A stretch of DNA of 64,000 nucleotides from Styela clava (taxonomy: Eukaryota). The translations under genes were made by a program, and so were the position numbers. This document shows, piece by piece, positions 62,904-64,000 of the stretch. The stretch's first letter is position 1; each line of letters begins with the position of its first letter. The notes under the pieces were generated by a model. The model was not told where the DNA came from, made no database searches, and worked only from the letters and a program-made list of their open reading frames with translations. The stretch is taken from positions 4,278,001 to 4,342,000 of the forward strand of contig NC_135262.1 in NCBI RefSeq assembly GCF_964204865.1, written 5' to 3'.

Positions 62904-64000
62904 AAATTCTTTATATTTTCATTATTTATTTAGGACACTCCATAACCCGCTGCTAAGCCACATAAACATTTTCAGGTTACAAATCTATTAAAAATTGATT
63001 GACTTGTTGATAAATTAGTTGAATTTGTTGTATTAGAAATGAATGATAATGTTCTTTTTCGCTACTAAATGGTAATTTTCATTCCTATTAAAACAGACGT
63101 ACCCATTCTTGCGAAATGAATTTCTTGTTTTTCTTGTAGTTTTTCGCTTGCACATGTTAATTCAAGGGCACTTAATGGGCCACCTAATATTTTTGTACAA
63201 CGAAAGTGGGCCACGAGAGAAAAAAAGTATGAGAACCACTGATTTAGGGGAAGATGAATAATGAGCTATTGTGGTTAACTAAAGCTGTTGGGCCTGGCAA
63301 AACTCTCAACTCCAGGTTGTGAGAAATTAGGACTCTGACTCCAAAAATTTTGCTCATATAGACTGGCGAGCCATGTAGGTGTGACATAAAAAGTTATATT
63401 TTTAAACAATAATTACAGTGTTACAAAAAATAAAAAGTGAAACAATAATCCTCATGCCAAAACTAAATTTAATCGCAATCTGAACAAATTTCTTGAGCTA
63501 TTTTCAGCTAAACATTAAAATTGGTTTCAGTTTGGTTGTGGCAGCATCAGTCGAGCCAGATTGAAGTAACGAACAGGCCAGATTTGGCTCGCGGGCCATA
63601 GTTTGCACATGTCAGCTCTAGCAGATTTGGCTAATGTCAGCTCTTGCAGCATCGTATTATAAAAAGACAAAAAAGAAATTAACAAACCATTTTTGTATTT
63701 TTTTCGACTTGATGAATAATCTTCCCCCTTTATTCTGAATAAATTGTAATAATCACAATTAAAATTGTTAGCGTCTGAAAATTTTATATACTTTATATTT
63801 GCATAGCTCAAGCACACAGTTTCTGTGCTCATTTGATCTCCACAAATAAACAATAAACCTCAACTCAACATCCTTGGTTTTTGGATATATTATCTAGCAG
63901 TTTCTAATAAGTCAAACATCACAATTTTCAGAAAATTAATTCAGTTTGGACTCATTAACAAATTAATTCGAAGAATCCACGTTTATCCTGTGAAAACCAG

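Overview
AT-rich eukaryotic genomic DNA from a compact invertebrate animal genome (spliceosomal GT-AG introns, chordate-like gene set; an ascidian/tunicate is my best guess, not proven). Nine protein-coding genes can be modelled, all on the + strand: a 9-exon signal-peptide/LRR/mucin-stalk/TM receptor (1374-6801), intronless CCT5, a minimal HSPB7-like small heat-shock protein, an intronless lipocalin-like protein, intronless GTDC1/QTMAN, an intronless CYP4-clan P450, UGDH with one retained coding intron, a three-exon chimeric gene joining a FLYWCH zinc finger (Mutator-transposase-like N-terminus) in frame to a catalytically intact NADP(H)-type short-chain dehydrogenase (50811-55538; the most novel item), and the 5' six exons of NPRL2, which runs off the window. 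Introns and intergenic DNA are crowded with a tRNA-derived SINE, hAT elements (Charlie/SPIN-, Blackjack- and BED-type, several with 8-bp TSDs and nested), Tc2-like MITEs, a palindromic 8-bp-TSD MITE family (Merlin-like) and local tandem duplications. All calls come from manual reading, translation and remembered family motifs; no searches were run.
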